Positions 40,625 through 54,070 of a stretch of DNA of 64,000 bases are shown here, one piece after another. The stretch's first letter is position 1. Each line of letters opens with the position of its first letter. Source of the DNA: Lama glama (taxonomy: Eukaryota); contig CM052816.1 of the NCBI GenBank assembly GCA_028534125.1, forward strand, positions 50,408,001 to 50,472,000, written 5' to 3'. The position numbers and the translations under genes are program-made. Below the pieces are notes generated by a model. The model had not been told where the DNA came from, searched no databases, and was given only the letters and a program-made list of their open reading frames with translations.

Positions 40625-40686
40625 AAAAAAATGCAGAGCCTGGGAGAGGGGGAGGGGACGCAAAAAAAAAAAAAATGCAGAGCCTG
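40625..40686 (+). mobile_element. Ultra-short retro-insertion: 19-nt G-rich sequence plus A-tail between 18-bp direct repeats
   Basis: aaaaaaatgcagagcctg (40625-40642), then ggagagggggaggggacgc and A7, then aaaaaaatgcagagcctg (40669-40686). Confidence 0.7.
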
Positions 40687-40889
40687 TTCATTACAGTTTG
40701 TAATACAGGATATTCTGTCTATTATAGACAAATACACAGTTTTATATATATATATATATAGTTGTAATATATAGTTACAACATATATATGCTAATTATCA
40801 ACTGCAAGTATTTTGAATCAACTATTTTTCACTAAGATCTTTGTGTCATAAACTCTCTGGTTTTGTGACCTGCTAAAATGTTTATTTTA

Positions 40890-41030
40890 CTTATTTTTGT
40901 TTTTTGGGGGGGAAGATAATTAGTTTCACTTACTTATTCATTTTTTTTAGAGGGGATACTGGGGATTGAACACAGGAGTTTGTGTATACTAAGTATATGC
41001 TCTACCACTTGAGGTATACTCTGCCCCCCC
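40890..41030 (-). mobile_element. tRNA-derived SINE (Vic-1-like, longer and more diverged copy)
   Basis: Same head as 41866-41953 (tactggggattgaacacagg...ctctaccacttgaggtatac) with an extra tail. Flanked by aaatgtttatttta at 40876-40889 and 41304-41317. Confidence 0.8.
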
Positions 41031-41036
41031 AAATGT

Positions 41037-41286
41037 TTTTTTTTATTGATTTATAATCATTTTACAATGTTGTGTCAAATTCCAGTGTTCAGCACAATTT
41101 TTCAGTCATTCATGGACATATACACACTCATTGTCACATTTTTTTCTCTGTGAGTTATCATAACATTTTTTGTATATTTCCCTGTGCTATACAGTATAAT
41201 CTTGTTTATCTATTCTACAATTTTGAAATCCCAGTCTATCCCTTCCCACCCTCCACCCCCCTGGTAACCACAAGTCTGTATTCTCT
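41037..41286 (-). mobile_element. Short L1 3' end, same subfamily as 11162-13849
   Basis: Closely matches 11180-11430 (ttttattgatttataat...gtgtcaaattccagtg...gtgctatacagtataatcttgttta). Confidence 0.9.
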
Positions 41287-41865
41287 CCAAATGTTTATTC
41301 TCCAAATGTTTATTTTAGATTTAAATAAAAACTACTACAATTAAATCTCCTAAAGCAGTGGCATATCTAGGTTGACAACTGGTCGCATTTGTCTTCTAAG
41401 GTAGTTAGGACTGAGAAAAGAACACTGATAAGGACTCTTCCTAAACAGATGAGAGAGCTACATTGTGATACCATTCACCTTACCTTTCTGACTATTTTCA
41501 TGTCGAAATTTCTTACAGCTCATTAAAAAATGCTTAAACATCTCAAGATGATTATATGATCAAGCAAAGCTCTGCATAGTTTAGATCCTATAGGTTCTTA
41601 CAAACAAACTGCAATAATCTAAAAGTGAAAAATACACTAAGTTCTAACTACAGGGCCATAAATTATTAGCTCTTTAAGGCCATGCTATATGCTTTAATAT
41701 ATCAAGCATCATCTAAGAATTCTTATATTGGTATTCATAATTGCAAAAATCATCGGTGGAAGTTAGAAAATCCTTGAGATGGAAAAACCCAACGGTCTAT
41801 GTGATAAGGGAATCTCAGAAGTTACTTTTACTTTGAATAGTTATAAATGTTCATTCCAATATGTT

Positions 41866-41953
41866 CTTTTTTTTTAATGGAGGTACTGGGGATTGAACCC
41901 AGGACCACATGCATGCTAAGCATGCTCTCTACCACTGAGCTATACCCTCCCCC
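41866..41953 (-). mobile_element. tRNA-derived SINE (camelid Vic-1-like)
   Basis: Minus strand ggggagggtatagctcagtggtagagagcatgcttagcatgcatgtggtcctgggttcaatccccagtacctccatt plus A-tail. Pol III A and B boxes, tRNA-Ala-like head. Confidence 0.85.
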
Positions 41954-42569
41954 ACATTATGTCTTAAAACAGAGATGATGAGCCTTTAGTTCATGGAAAA
42001 TACAGTTAAATCTAGAAGATTTATCATGACCTAATTAGGAGTTATAATTAACAATGAAAAATTATACTATACATTTATTTAGAAACAATTGAAAGGCTTT
42101 TCTTACAGTAACTGGGTTGGGAATGAGGGGGAAGGTCACAAGGGTTGACTATTATTTGCCTGTTACTTTATTTTTGGTAGTAGGTGCTGATAAAGAAATA
42201 TTGCCTTGGATTTCCTGATACCCTACTAGATCTTGTTATACTTATCTAATCATATCTTCACATTGTATTTCTCTTTCACTTAGTCCCTATTTGGCAATAT
42301 TTCTTGGAATGGTTCCTCAAATGCCAAAGTAGAATTCATTGTCCATTCCTCTCACTACTAAGCTAGTTCTCCCTATATTTTTCACTAGACATTCACTCTT
42401 CATTTGGTTATACTTGGGTAGTCTAGCAAGTGAGCATGGACATCAATCATAGCATTACAATATTTACTATTCTTTTTCTTGTACTAGGTTCAAAACTGTA
42501 GAGGCCTAGAGGCTACTTATTACTCAGATTAGTATCCCCATTCTTACATGGTGAAGCGTCAAATGTGCT

Positions 42570-42930
42570 CACTTATTTCACGTATAAGGCTTTTTGAGTA
42601 TGTACTAGGTGCTAGGCATTGGAGACAAGAAAAACAATGTGTGCACTCTCTTAGAGCTTACTTTTTAGTAGAGGTAGTTGAAAACCCATAATGATCAAAC
42701 AATAATTTTACAAAGTTGTAGAATTAATGAAGAAAATAAAATGGGTAATGAAATCATGACTAGAGGGCTGAGTATCCTACAATACGGTAGTCAGGGAAGA
42801 AGTCCTGGCAAAAACGGAGGGGAAGAACAGAGATGAGACTGGAAAGGTAGACAGGAAAATAGATCATGCAGGATTTTGCAGGCCACAGTGACAAGCTCAG
42901 AATTTATTCTAACAAGAACCCAACAGAAGA
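42570..42930 (-). mobile_element. LINE-2 fragment
   Basis: tgtactaggtgctaggcattggagacaag..agatcatgcaggattttgcaggccac..atttattcta. Confidence 0.65.
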
Positions 42931-43309
42931 TTATAGGCAGGAGGGCTTACAGAGTATTCCATACTTCTTCTACGATTGCCCCAATTATTCTTAACGCCTG
43001 GTACTCATACCCTGTGTAATCCCCTCTTCTGACTATGGACTTTGACTTGCTTCTAATCAAGAGACTATGACACATTTATCAGAATTTCAGACAAACCAAA
43101 AACAAACAAAAAAAGCAAATAAAATACACTAGGAATTTGGTTTGGAATTACATTCATTTCCAAGTTATTTCATAAGGAATTAATTTATTTCCAATATGAG
43201 CTACAGTGTAATTCCTTCATTCACCATTATATTTCTTTATCTAATCAAGAGTTATTTTTATGTCCTTTGGTTAAGTTTTTCATTGCTTATTCTTTGCTTT
43301 TGTTTTCTT

Positions 43310-43910
43310 TTTGAAACATTTTTATAATTGAAGCACAGTTGATTTACAATGCTATATTAGTTTAAGGTGTACAACATAGTGATTTGATATTTTTATAGAT
43401 TATACTCCATTTAAAGTTATTATAAGATACAGATTATATTTCCTGTGCTATACATTATATCTTTCTATCTTATTTATTTTATACCTAGTAGTTTGTAATT
43501 CTTAATCCCCTTCGTCTATCTTGCTCCTCCTCCACCCAACCCCTCTCTTCACTGGTCACCACTAGTTTGTTATCTGTATCTATGAGTCTGTTTCTGTTTT
43601 GTTATATTCATTCATCTGTTTTAGCTTTTAAATTCCACATTTAAGTGAAAACACAAAGTATTTGTTTTTCTCTGATTTACTTCACTAAGCCTAAAACCTT
43701 GCAGATCCATTCATCTGTTGATGGACACTTAGGTTGCTTCCATGTCTTGGCTATTATAAATAATGCTATGAACATGAGGTGCATGCATCTTTTTAAATCA
43801 GTGCTTTCATTTTCCTTGGATGTATACCCAGGAGTGGAATTGCTGGATCTCGGTTCTATTTTTAGTTTATTGAAGAACCTCCATGCTGTTTTCCCTAGTG
43901 GCTGTACCTG
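43310..43910 (-). mobile_element. L1 3' end (ORF2 C-terminus and 3'UTR, internally deleted)
   Basis: ORF 43677..44039 contains MFIALFIIAKTWKQPKCPSTDEW; typical L1 3'UTR follows. Confidence 0.88.
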
Positions 43911-45429
43911 TTGCTTATTTTGAATCAGATTCCTTATACTGTAGTTGATAAGACTAAAATGAGCTGTACATAGAACTATGAATGTAACTGCCAACTTAGT
44001 CTTATCTTTTATTTTGGATTTCTTGGTCATATCAAACAAGATTCTGTGGTAGATTGAAACCTTAGAAATCTCTATTTCAGAATCTCAGTACTGACGTTTA
44101 TTTGAAGTGGAGTCCTGAACAAGCAATTATAACCACTGTATTCAAAACAGTGACTTATTCTATAAAAGATTCGTAAACAAAATCTCAGGGCTGTTCATGA
44201 AGGGTTATACAAATAAGCAATAGTAGAAATGACACTGAAGGGCACAAAAAACTCCACTCTCCAGTCAGTTTGAATTTGATTTGTCTTCTTAAAATGGTTG
44301 ATTACTTTAACACAGTAGCACTCCAGAGTGGCTAAGACAGAAAAATCTCAGTGGGGCTGGGATCACTGTTTGCTGTTGCTTAGCTTCTGAGGCCACATAG
44401 AAACAGTAAGCAAGCACACACTGGGAAAAAACTTACCATATGATAAAATATCATTTGCTGGGATACTTAGGAAATACAACTTAATAAGACATAGTAGGAA
44501 ATATCATGGACTACTTATTTCAAAATTTAAACCAGTTTACCCTGTTTAGTAACAACTGCTCAGGTCTCTCATAACATTCTCCAGGAAAATTAAACTAAAA
44601 CAATAGAATCATATTTTTTTCTGATTATAATATCCAGATCTTTTGTCACTTAAAATCTGCAGAAACTTCAGGCCAGCTTCCACTCTCCTGTTCCCAAAGC
44701 ATTGAACTACACTTAGTTAACGGAATAGCTCAACTGGGTAAAACATATTATATTAACATTAGAAACTTTTTGGAAACAAAAAAGTTCATAAACATTTATT
44801 GTGTTAAGTATAACTTCATTTCCTTAAAACCAGTTATCGTAAACTAATAAACTCAAAACTGATAATATTAAAAAAATCATAGTAATACCAAGTATTTTTA
44901 AATACTAATTTAAATGAAATGATAAAATACAGAATAAAGAAAAACCATATTCATTTTTGTATGGTTTATGAATTTCTTCCCAAAGAATTTTTGAAAGTGT
45001 AACAATTGTCTTATAAACTATGGATTAAAAATTCTTTGCCATACTTTCTCATTCAAAAATATTTACTAAGAATTCTAAAAAATTTAACTTATTATAATTT
45101 CATGGCAGATCTCTAAAAACCAAATTTCTATTTAAAATATTTATAAACTAGTAACGTTTATTTTGATGTATTTCACTATTGACTTAGAGACAAGATAAAA
45201 AGAAATTACTGGTCTACAAAATATTTTTCAAGGTTTTTTTTTTTAGGTTGCAATTACCTAAATAGGAAAGCTGTCTATAAAGTGTAAAAATTAACAATCA
45301 TTTTTGAGGAGAGTGAGAAGAGCTGGAGAGTACAATGGATGGTAACTATGCATTTAACTGAATTTTCTTGCAAAGAAAAAAATGCAATTAAAAGTTAACA
45401 TTGAGACAGTTCCAGTTCAGGTAACAGCA

Positions 45430-46090
45430 AAGTAAGCTGTATTAAGCTAACATTCTTGGAGATAACAATTATAAACTCTGAATCCCCCTTCAGAAAACCC
45501 CCCCAAAACAAAAACTTAGTTCAAGGACTGGAGAATGACGGAAAGCTGGCAGCAACCAGAGAGATTCAAACTGGGTAAGACTCAAACTGGGTAAGATCCA
45601 TGTTTACATAACTATTCTTCACAGGGCACTCCCCAGTCATACAGTTTGTGCAGAACAAGTAGATACCACACTCCTGACTTGAGATGTCAAAGGATGGAAT
45701 TCTAGACTAAACACACACACACATAAATAACAGATGGGAAATTAGGGTAGAAAATGTAAGAAAATTAGAGGATCAGTACAGTATAGGAGAAGTTAAAATC
45801 TACATAATAGAATTAGCCAAAGGAGACAGAACAAAACAGAAAAGGAATTTTAAAATGAGAAGAAGAAATGCATGAACTGAAAGATTTTAATTTCCAAATG
45901 GAAGGGGTCTACAAAGGTCCCAGCACACAGGGCAATAAACTAGGCTACATGTGAAATAATTATAAGGAATTAGAATAGCACTGGGTTTCTATAGCAATGC
46001 TTGATACCAGAAGTCAATGAATTTATGTCCAAAAAATAATAAAGATGTATTCAGAGAATATGTTTCACCAACCAATGTGATAATATAAAT
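45430..46090 (+). mobile_element. Highly degenerate old L1 5'/ORF1 fragments
   Basis: aagaaaattagaggatcagt..tacataatagaattagcc..tttccaaatggaaggggtctacaaaggtcccagcac..aattagaatagcactgggtttc. Confidence 0.5.
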
Positions 46091-48768
46091 CAAACTATAC
46101 CATAGCACTTTTATAATAATACTAATAATGATATTAATAAGAAGAAGAAGTAGTAACACTTATTGAGTACTTACTATGTTTCAGGCATTATGTCAGTTAA
46201 TACAGAAGTCTCTCTGGAAGTAATAGTAATAAATTCAGATTTTGAGCTCTGGATCAAAGACTAAAATAGTATAAGGAATATATGAAATGTGGTCAATAAG
46301 TTTCTGTAGAAGTCTATATGAAAACTTGAAATTTGATTAAATTTTCTTTATTTCCTACCATGTAATGTACAAAGCAATCTACATTACAGAAAGATTAACC
46401 AGATAGAAATCTGCTTTACATAGATTTAAAGAGAGTGGTAGTGCTTTATAAGACCTACAATGTTAACAGATTAATTTCAGAAAAACCAATACCAACTATA
46501 ATACCACAACCATGAATTTTCAGCTTTAAAAACTCAAAGTATAAATGTAGCCAGAACAAAATGTCAAAATACTACAGCACTAAAATTAGTTTTCAAAGAA
46601 ATAATGTCATTACTGCATAAAATTCCAAGTGTTTTCTGGTAACTATGTAAATAAGTCATGTTACGTAGAATAGCACCTTGTTGTTAGCAAATATTAAAAC
46701 CAGAAACCTAGTCAGTTAAGTCCAAAAGAAATCAAGTGTTCTGGCATTCTCTAGTTCCACTTCTGTGAACTGTTTCTTATGAAGCAATCCCAAATAAGGA
46801 CACTTACCCATTGCCAAAAAATGTGCAAATAGTATAGCCGTTATTGTATTCTGACAATGTAGTAATCTCTATTCATTCAATGGGGGGTGCTAAGGGATGG
46901 AGCTCTAAAATTCAAGTGAGGGAGCATTGGAAGGGATGGTGGCATTTGGAAAAGACAGAGTATCCTGAGATATACAGTTACGTGGAAAGTCATGGCCAAA
47001 GGGGAAATAATGTCAGGCACAAAATGAATATTTCACATCATTTTTTAAGAATATTTTTCTTTGATTGTATGACTCAAAAGGTCAGATCAAAGATTTATGT
47101 TTAACTACTGGAAATGCTTTGGTACGTATTGTCATAGTTACAACATATTAAGAGAAAAAAAAAGCATTCCTCTTAATAAGCCACTTCAGAAAACTACAGA
47201 ATGTAGACTTTTAAAAATTAACATAATTTAATTTTATAAATCAGTGTTTGATGATAATTTGAAGGAGGACTTGCAGCCTGGTGTGCACATATTGAGTTCT
47301 TTTTTGGAAAGGCTGAAACAACAGCTTTATTTAACTTTTAAATTGGATAAGTAAACCTCTCAAGTTCATGGCAAGATTTTACAAGTTCATGCACTGGATA
47401 AACTCAAAATCTGCCACTCAAGTGTTGCTACCTGGGACAAGGAATAAGCCAAAGAAAGTTACATGGGGATGGCCAACTGCTTGAACTAAAGTCTTCCCAA
47501 AGGGATTCTATATATTAAGTGACAGCAATTGTTATATTCCATGTTCCCTTAGAATTATCATGGAAGTATTGACTTTAAGCAAATAAACAGAAGATGTTTC
47601 TCATAAGGTTAGGCTGTTCTCCTAAAATGGACAAAGCTAATATTCCAGTTCACTGCACACTAGTTTTATAAAAAATAGAAACCAGGAATTACTGGGGGGC
47701 CAAAAGAGGCTACTTTTCATTCTGCCTTTATCCTCCCTTTAACCAAAATACTCTCATCCATATGGCTATTCCTAATATACATGCACCCTTAAAGGTCATC
47801 TATGTAAATCTCCTCTTAATGACTTGAAGGAATCTGACCAACTTGAGTTGGTCTAGATCTAAAATCTAGAAAGATTTTTTTTTCTGGACTTGAGTAACTA
47901 CTGGAATAGCTATCTCAAAAGCAAATTCCTGTTTGTTTAGCATTTGTTTAGCTGAGATTTTTACTTTTAACAACTCCATATCTTTGCAACAACTATGTTT
48001 AATGAGCATAAATTCAAAGTCTACTTTAAATTCTGAGGTTGTCAAATGTTACAATTAAACTGGTTTTAATAGCCATTTCCTAGACCTAAATGCCATATCA
48101 AAGACTGACAATTAGATTTGAATTCTGGTTTTTCTTAATATACTTATTTCTTCCTATGTTTATCTTCCTTTTAGCTGAAGCTAAAAATATGAACTAAAAC
48201 ATGATGTGTTACAAAATGCCCTAAAATTTGGAATTCTCTTCATGTTATCCACCTACCTGGTACTTAAATTCCAGAACAAGATAAACAAAATACAAGTATT
48301 ACAGTCTAGATGAGGCTGCCTTGCCAACAAGCTGTGACCCTGCTCTTTGAATTTCAAAAACTTGACAGAATACTATTGCCCGACCTGTTTACCCTAATTC
48401 CCAGGTGTTATATGAGTGACATTCAAAAAGAAAAACTACTATATAATCTTAAAGATTTTCCCAACCTTACACTTTCAATCCAACAAACAATTTAAAGGAA
48501 TTTCTCACCAAATACTAACATATGCATGAAAGATAAAAAGAAATAAAACAGTGCCCCTGCTCGTAGAGACTCTTATAAGAAGTACCTGTTATATAGTATG
48601 AGAAGTGTTATTTTAAAAAATGCTCATCAAATTATGTTCAATATTTTTCACAAGTATATCAACCTCAGAATAGATCAGCACGTTTTTAGGGATTACACGA
48701 GCAGCATGGAGTTTAATGAAGAGATCAACGTACAGGACCATAATCAGACTCTCAATACCAACAACAAG

Positions 48769-49282
48769 TGTGATGGTTAATTTTATGTGTTGACTTTACT
48801 TGGATGCCAAGAGAGCTGGTTAAACATTATTTCTGGGTGTGTCTGTAAGGGTGTTTCTGGAAGAGACTAACATTTGAATTAGTGGACTGAGTAAAATATT
48901 TTGACCTCCCCACTGTGGGCGGGCACCATCTAATCAGTCAAGGGTGAAAATAGACAAAAAGGCAGAGGGAAGTTAAATTCACTCTCTGCTTGACAACTTG
49001 AACTGCAACAACGATCTTTTCCTGCCCTTGATGCTCCTGGTTCTTAGGGCTTCAGACCTGCACCGGGATCTACAACATCAGCTCTCCTCGGACCTTCACT
49101 ACCAGCTTTCCTGGGTCTCCGGGTTCCAAGTGCAGAGTGTGAGACTTCTCAGCCTCCATTACTGTGTGACCCAGTAACTTATAATGGATCTATATCTATA
49201 TAGATATGGATAGACTTTTATACAGGCGATACATACACACACACACACATATGTATACATTTTTCTGGAAAACTCTAATACA
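48769..49282 (+). mobile_element. MLT2-type solo LTR (ERVL)
   Basis: tgtgatggttaattttatgtgt..aaacattatttctgggtgtgtctgtaagggtgtttctggaagaga..ctctaataca. Confidence 0.88.
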
Positions 49283-50804
49283 GGTAGTATTTCAGCCTTA
49301 TAGAGCCTATGATTATGTCTTAAGTTAAGTCATTTCCTAAATCTCCCCACTTTGCCCTGGTCACTCTCTGGCCAATTCAATAAAAAAAAAAAATGTGAAG
49401 AGGGTAGAAGGTAGGCAAAACCTTTATGCAGGTGTTTTTTTTTCTTTCCCATGAATGTGGATTGAACATTATAAATAATAAAATACATACTGGAACAATA
49501 TCTAAAAATAAAACCGGGGAATATAACAAATAATGACTATTGTTGGAACATATGCAGAAAACAATTTCTTGTAGACAATTCATGTCATCACTATGAACTA
49601 CTGTTGAAAAAGAGAACAGTCCAGAATGTTTTGAACCTGTAAGATCAACACAAAAACAGGATCACAAAAAGGATTTGTTCACAATTTTACTGAGAGAAAC
49701 AGCAATGATGTAAAGTTTTCCATTATTTTTGTCTCATCAGTGAGTAACCTAGAGGAACCACCCTGTCTTGGATTAAGTACGATTTCCCTCTCATTGCCAA
49801 CAACAATCTATGTTTCTTTTTAACATGAGTATCTACCTCTAGTTCTACATAAAAATGCTTCTGTAGAGTACTGGAAAGAGAGTTTTTTTTTTAAATAGTT
49901 CAATATGATACTCCTGAAAAATAGAACTAAATCTACAGAGACAAACCCTAACAAGACAATTTAAGTACATAAAGCACCACAAACTTCATCCTTCTAGATT
50001 GATGTACATTCAATAATCCCATTTAGATTTTCCTGTTTTATCCAGTCATAAAGAACTACAGTGGAAATTCCATTAATCACCTGTATTTAATTCTCCAATA
50101 ACCAAACCCATCATTCTCAAAAACACTTTAAAGAATCATAGTTTAAAATGTTCTTTAATGACTAGCAATGGTTATGACATGTATTTAGAAAAGTTATAAG
50201 TATTTATTGATTGATGAATGTCAGCCAAGAGAAAGCTTTTCAGTATCTTACAAAGAAAGGAACGCGAGCCCTATTTTCTCCATGCTCTGAACATATTAAC
50301 ACTGTCAGCAGAGTCCCAATTCCTATACTCAGATGAAAGAATCAAAGGAACAAGACATTGATAACGTAAAAGGGTTTCCACCACCACTGCCACCATGATA
50401 GTATTACAATGGATTATTCACTGTCAATCAAAATGACATTACTGATTCATTTGGGTAAACCATAAAGTTATGCTTTAAGATTTTCAGTAGCACTGGAGAG
50501 CTGTTACCTGCTTTTGTCTGTATTGCCTTCTTAGCAATTATATGGAAACATAAAATCAGTATATCAGTGTGAAAGTACAATTGGCACCATTCAAAGCAAT
50601 TTCACTGAGTTCCTGGTACGTGTTAGAAATTGTTAGGGGCTGAGAATAAAAGCATAAACAAAGTATACTTCCTGTCCTTATGGAAATCACAATCTGGCAG
50701 GAGAAACTGAAATGTAATCAGTCATGAATGAAAAGGATGAATGGAATGAAGTTAGGAAGAGTGATAAATGCCATGCTAAGACATTTAGTCTTTATTCTCT
50801 TGTT

Positions 50805-51095
50805 CAGAGCTTACAAAGTCACTGTCTTCAGGGGCAATGCAGGTAAAATAAATGACTAAAGTTGATGGGCTGTCAAACTATATGTGGCATTTCCCAACTA
50901 GACAGTCGCTAGTAGTAACAGTGGAAGGAGCAGTTGCCTAGTAGAAATGTGGGCCAGGTTACTCAGATTTCTAACTTTTCAAGAGAAGCCAGTAATCTAA
51001 AGCTCCTGATTTTAATTCTTGGAAACCCATTTAGAATGTTTTCTGCATGTAAGGGCCAGAGATAACATGTCCATAGTCCATATCTGGTCCTCTGC
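50805..51095 (+). mobile_element. MER102-like hAT-Charlie fossil, nested in L2-like sequence
   Basis: gcaggtaaaataaatga..atgtgggccagg..ttttcaagagaagccag..aagggcca. Confidence 0.6.
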
Positions 51096-51579
51096 TAAAG
51101 ACAATAAGGTGGGACTTCCAATGATTCCAGCAGAATAATGTGATTAGACTTGTGTTTAAGAAATGTTCCTCTGGTAGTAGATGAGAGTAGGGAGGACCAG
51201 AGACATGAAAATCAGCTGTTTGGAAAAAGTTCCTGCAAAAAAGATAGTAGACTTAAACCTGAGTCACAGAAAACTGCACATGCACAGATTCACTCAAGTG
51301 AAAAGAATTGAGGACCAGTAACATACTAGTTGAAGGAAAGGAGGAAGTAGACAGGGGAAAATGAAATTACAACAGTAGGGCTGAGTGTGAGAGTAGGAAC
51401 ACCTGCGGGTCTAATGGAGTGAATTCAAGGAGAGGTGAGAAAGACCAGGACAGAAGGATTTAGACTTAGAACAAAGATTCTTCCTTTTATGAAACTAGAG
51501 GAAGAAAAGAATACAGGCACATATGAAGACAGAAAAAAGAAATGGCAGAAATACATACCTAACAGTCTCTATTATTTTA

Positions 51580-52140
51580 GTGGCAGGTGTAATTCAAAGA
51601 TGTCTCTCAAGACTCCAGCCCTCAGGTGCACATGTCCTGTGTCATCCCCTCCTTTAGTGTGTGAGAACTTATGAATTTAATGAGAGCTACACACCCATGA
51701 TTAGGTCAGGTTATATGGCACAGTTGACTTTAAAAAAGAGAGATTATTAAGGTGGGCATGATCAAATTAAATAAGCCCTTAAAATGGACTGGGATCGCTG
51801 TGAAGAGAGAGGACTCAACTTGGAGGAAATTCTCTGTTGCCGGATTTGAAGATGGAGAGAGACATAAAGATGGCTTCCAGGAGCTGAGAACAACACTTGG
51901 CTAACAGCCAGCAAGGAAATAAAGGTGCCATCAACCATGTGAGTTCGGAAGAGGAATTTGAGCCCCAGGTGACAGTGCAGTCTGGCTGACGTTTTGATCT
52001 CAGACTTGTGAGATCCTGAGCAGAGAACCCAGTTGTGCCATGGCTGGACTTCTGACCTACATAAACTGGAAGATAGTGGCAGGCACTTTAAGCTGCTAAA
52101 TTTGTGACAATCTGATACGTAACAATAGAAAACTAATACA
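51580..52140 (+). mobile_element. MLT1D/E-like solo LTR
   Basis: catgattaggtcaggttatatggcacagttgactttaaaa..acagccagcaaggaaa..aacaatagaaaactaataca. Confidence 0.85.
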
Positions 52141-53559
52141 CTTAGTATATAGAAAATACAACATTTGAATGAAACAGCAGGGATTGCTTCAAGAGAAGGT
52201 TGGTGGAACTGCCATAAATGAGAGTCCAGCTGAATTTATTTTCTAGCAACTTTGGTCTCATTAAGCTTTACCCAAATGTCACATCAAGTACAAAATGATT
52301 CAACAGAAAGAGAAGTAACTTGTGTTACAGAAAATCTTAAATTATATGCCAAAGGAGTTGGGCAGTTACAACTAGGTTTTCAGAATGTACTCCCACGAAA
52401 AGACTGTAGAAGAAAGCAGATGGATGCAGAAAACACCCCAAAGTCACTATTTCATTGGTGGTTAACAGACCTGAAAAATGCTGTCAAGTAATTCCTGAGA
52501 ATTTAACACCTTCAGAAGGTTCTAGCATCATAATTGCTGAAACAGTATATCTTCAAGTTTCGCCATTCAGTAAAATAAATGACTAAACTTCTACTAAAAC
52601 TAAAAAAATCATTTATTTATGGCAAAAGATTAACACATATATCATAAAATTATTTCTGAAAGCATTTCAATAATCGTGATAAATAAAAGTTATGAAAGAA
52701 TGACAGTATTATTGCAGTCCTGTTGGCATTCAATCACTTAGTCTTTTGAAATCACTTTGTTTACCGTCATACTTACTGTCTGGTTTCCACAGTAATAAAC
52801 ACACAGCCTGTTTATTTTAAATATTCTGTCCTGAAATGAGGTTTGTTTTTTTTTTCCCCTGAAACTTATCCTGCTCACTAACCAAGATCCCAAGCCAAAA
52901 AGAACACAGGAGGCCAAATGTGTAAAAGACAAGTAAGATCCAATATGAACATTATCCAGTCTTTAGATTTAGAGAAGAAATATGTCAAACTCCAGCTGTT
53001 CTAACTTACAGCCCAGACTGGCCTAGTCTTTGTCTCTTGAGGGAGACAAGCGGCCTGTGACATGTGTCCGTTTTGTTCATTTTATGTTAGTAAGTACAGC
53101 ACTTGCTTTCTCTTTCATCTTCCTATTGTAAACATTCAACTCTCTTTCCCTTTTGTTCTCTTTAGTTTAAAAATGGACATCTACTCCAAACCAAGGAATA
53201 TAAGAAAAGCAATCTCTGAGAAAATAGTATTTCAAATTTAGAGTTGTCCTGAGATGAACAGTTTCAAGGAGATATTCTGTTATCCAATCAGCATATATTC
53301 TTAACAGAACAAAAGCACTTCCCTTTAAACTTAACAAAAAAAACAATTATCCATAATTTTAAAAAGGAAATGAACTAGGAAAAAAATGACTATTTCTCAA
53401 AAAATCAGAAAATAAATCTGAAACATATTCCTTTAAAAATGGAAGCACAAAATAGATATTAAGTGATAATGGAGAGAGTAATACAACCAATTTATGTTTG
53501 GCAAATGTCAACTTTAATTCAAAACAATCCAACACATCAAAAAAAAAAAATCACACCCA

Positions 53560-54039
53560 CCATCAGATCCCTCAGATTTATCCCGCCTGGCTCTCTGACC
53601 AAACCCTGCTCTAGGACAGACTGATGCTCTCTACGGCAACTGAACTGTAGTCATCCTGGATCTCCCTTCAGCATCATCCAGACGATTCTTTGTTGTACGC
53701 CCTGTTTCTTAGATCACACGGCGTAAGTTGAAAATTTGGCTCATCAATCTTCAGTCATTGCTGAAATATGCATTTAAAACTATGCTAACTCTTTAGCTTC
53801 AAGTTCTGAAGTGCAGTATTTTGGCTGCTGTACAATTCTGCATATTTCACAATCTTTCTTTAAATATCTTCTCTGACCCATGAATTTTTGTATACATGTG
53901 TGCTTTGTATTTGTGGGAAAGATAATCTTTTCATAATTAACTTATTACAGAAAACTAGAACTGTATGTTGATTCTCTGGTTTAGAAGTCCTTTGTGGCCT
54001 AGAATGTAGATAAACACTGTCATGCTTTAGTAAGGTTGA

Positions 54040-54070
<31 letters not shown>

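Noticed and set aside
40741..40790. AT-rich hairpin (gttgtaa...ttacaac) within TA repeats
   Set aside because: The stem is short and sits in self-complementary (TA)n sequence, so it is expected by chance.
41866..41953. tRNA-Ala gene
   Set aside because: It has an A-tail and a related diverged copy at 40890-41030, so it is better explained as a tRNA-derived SINE.
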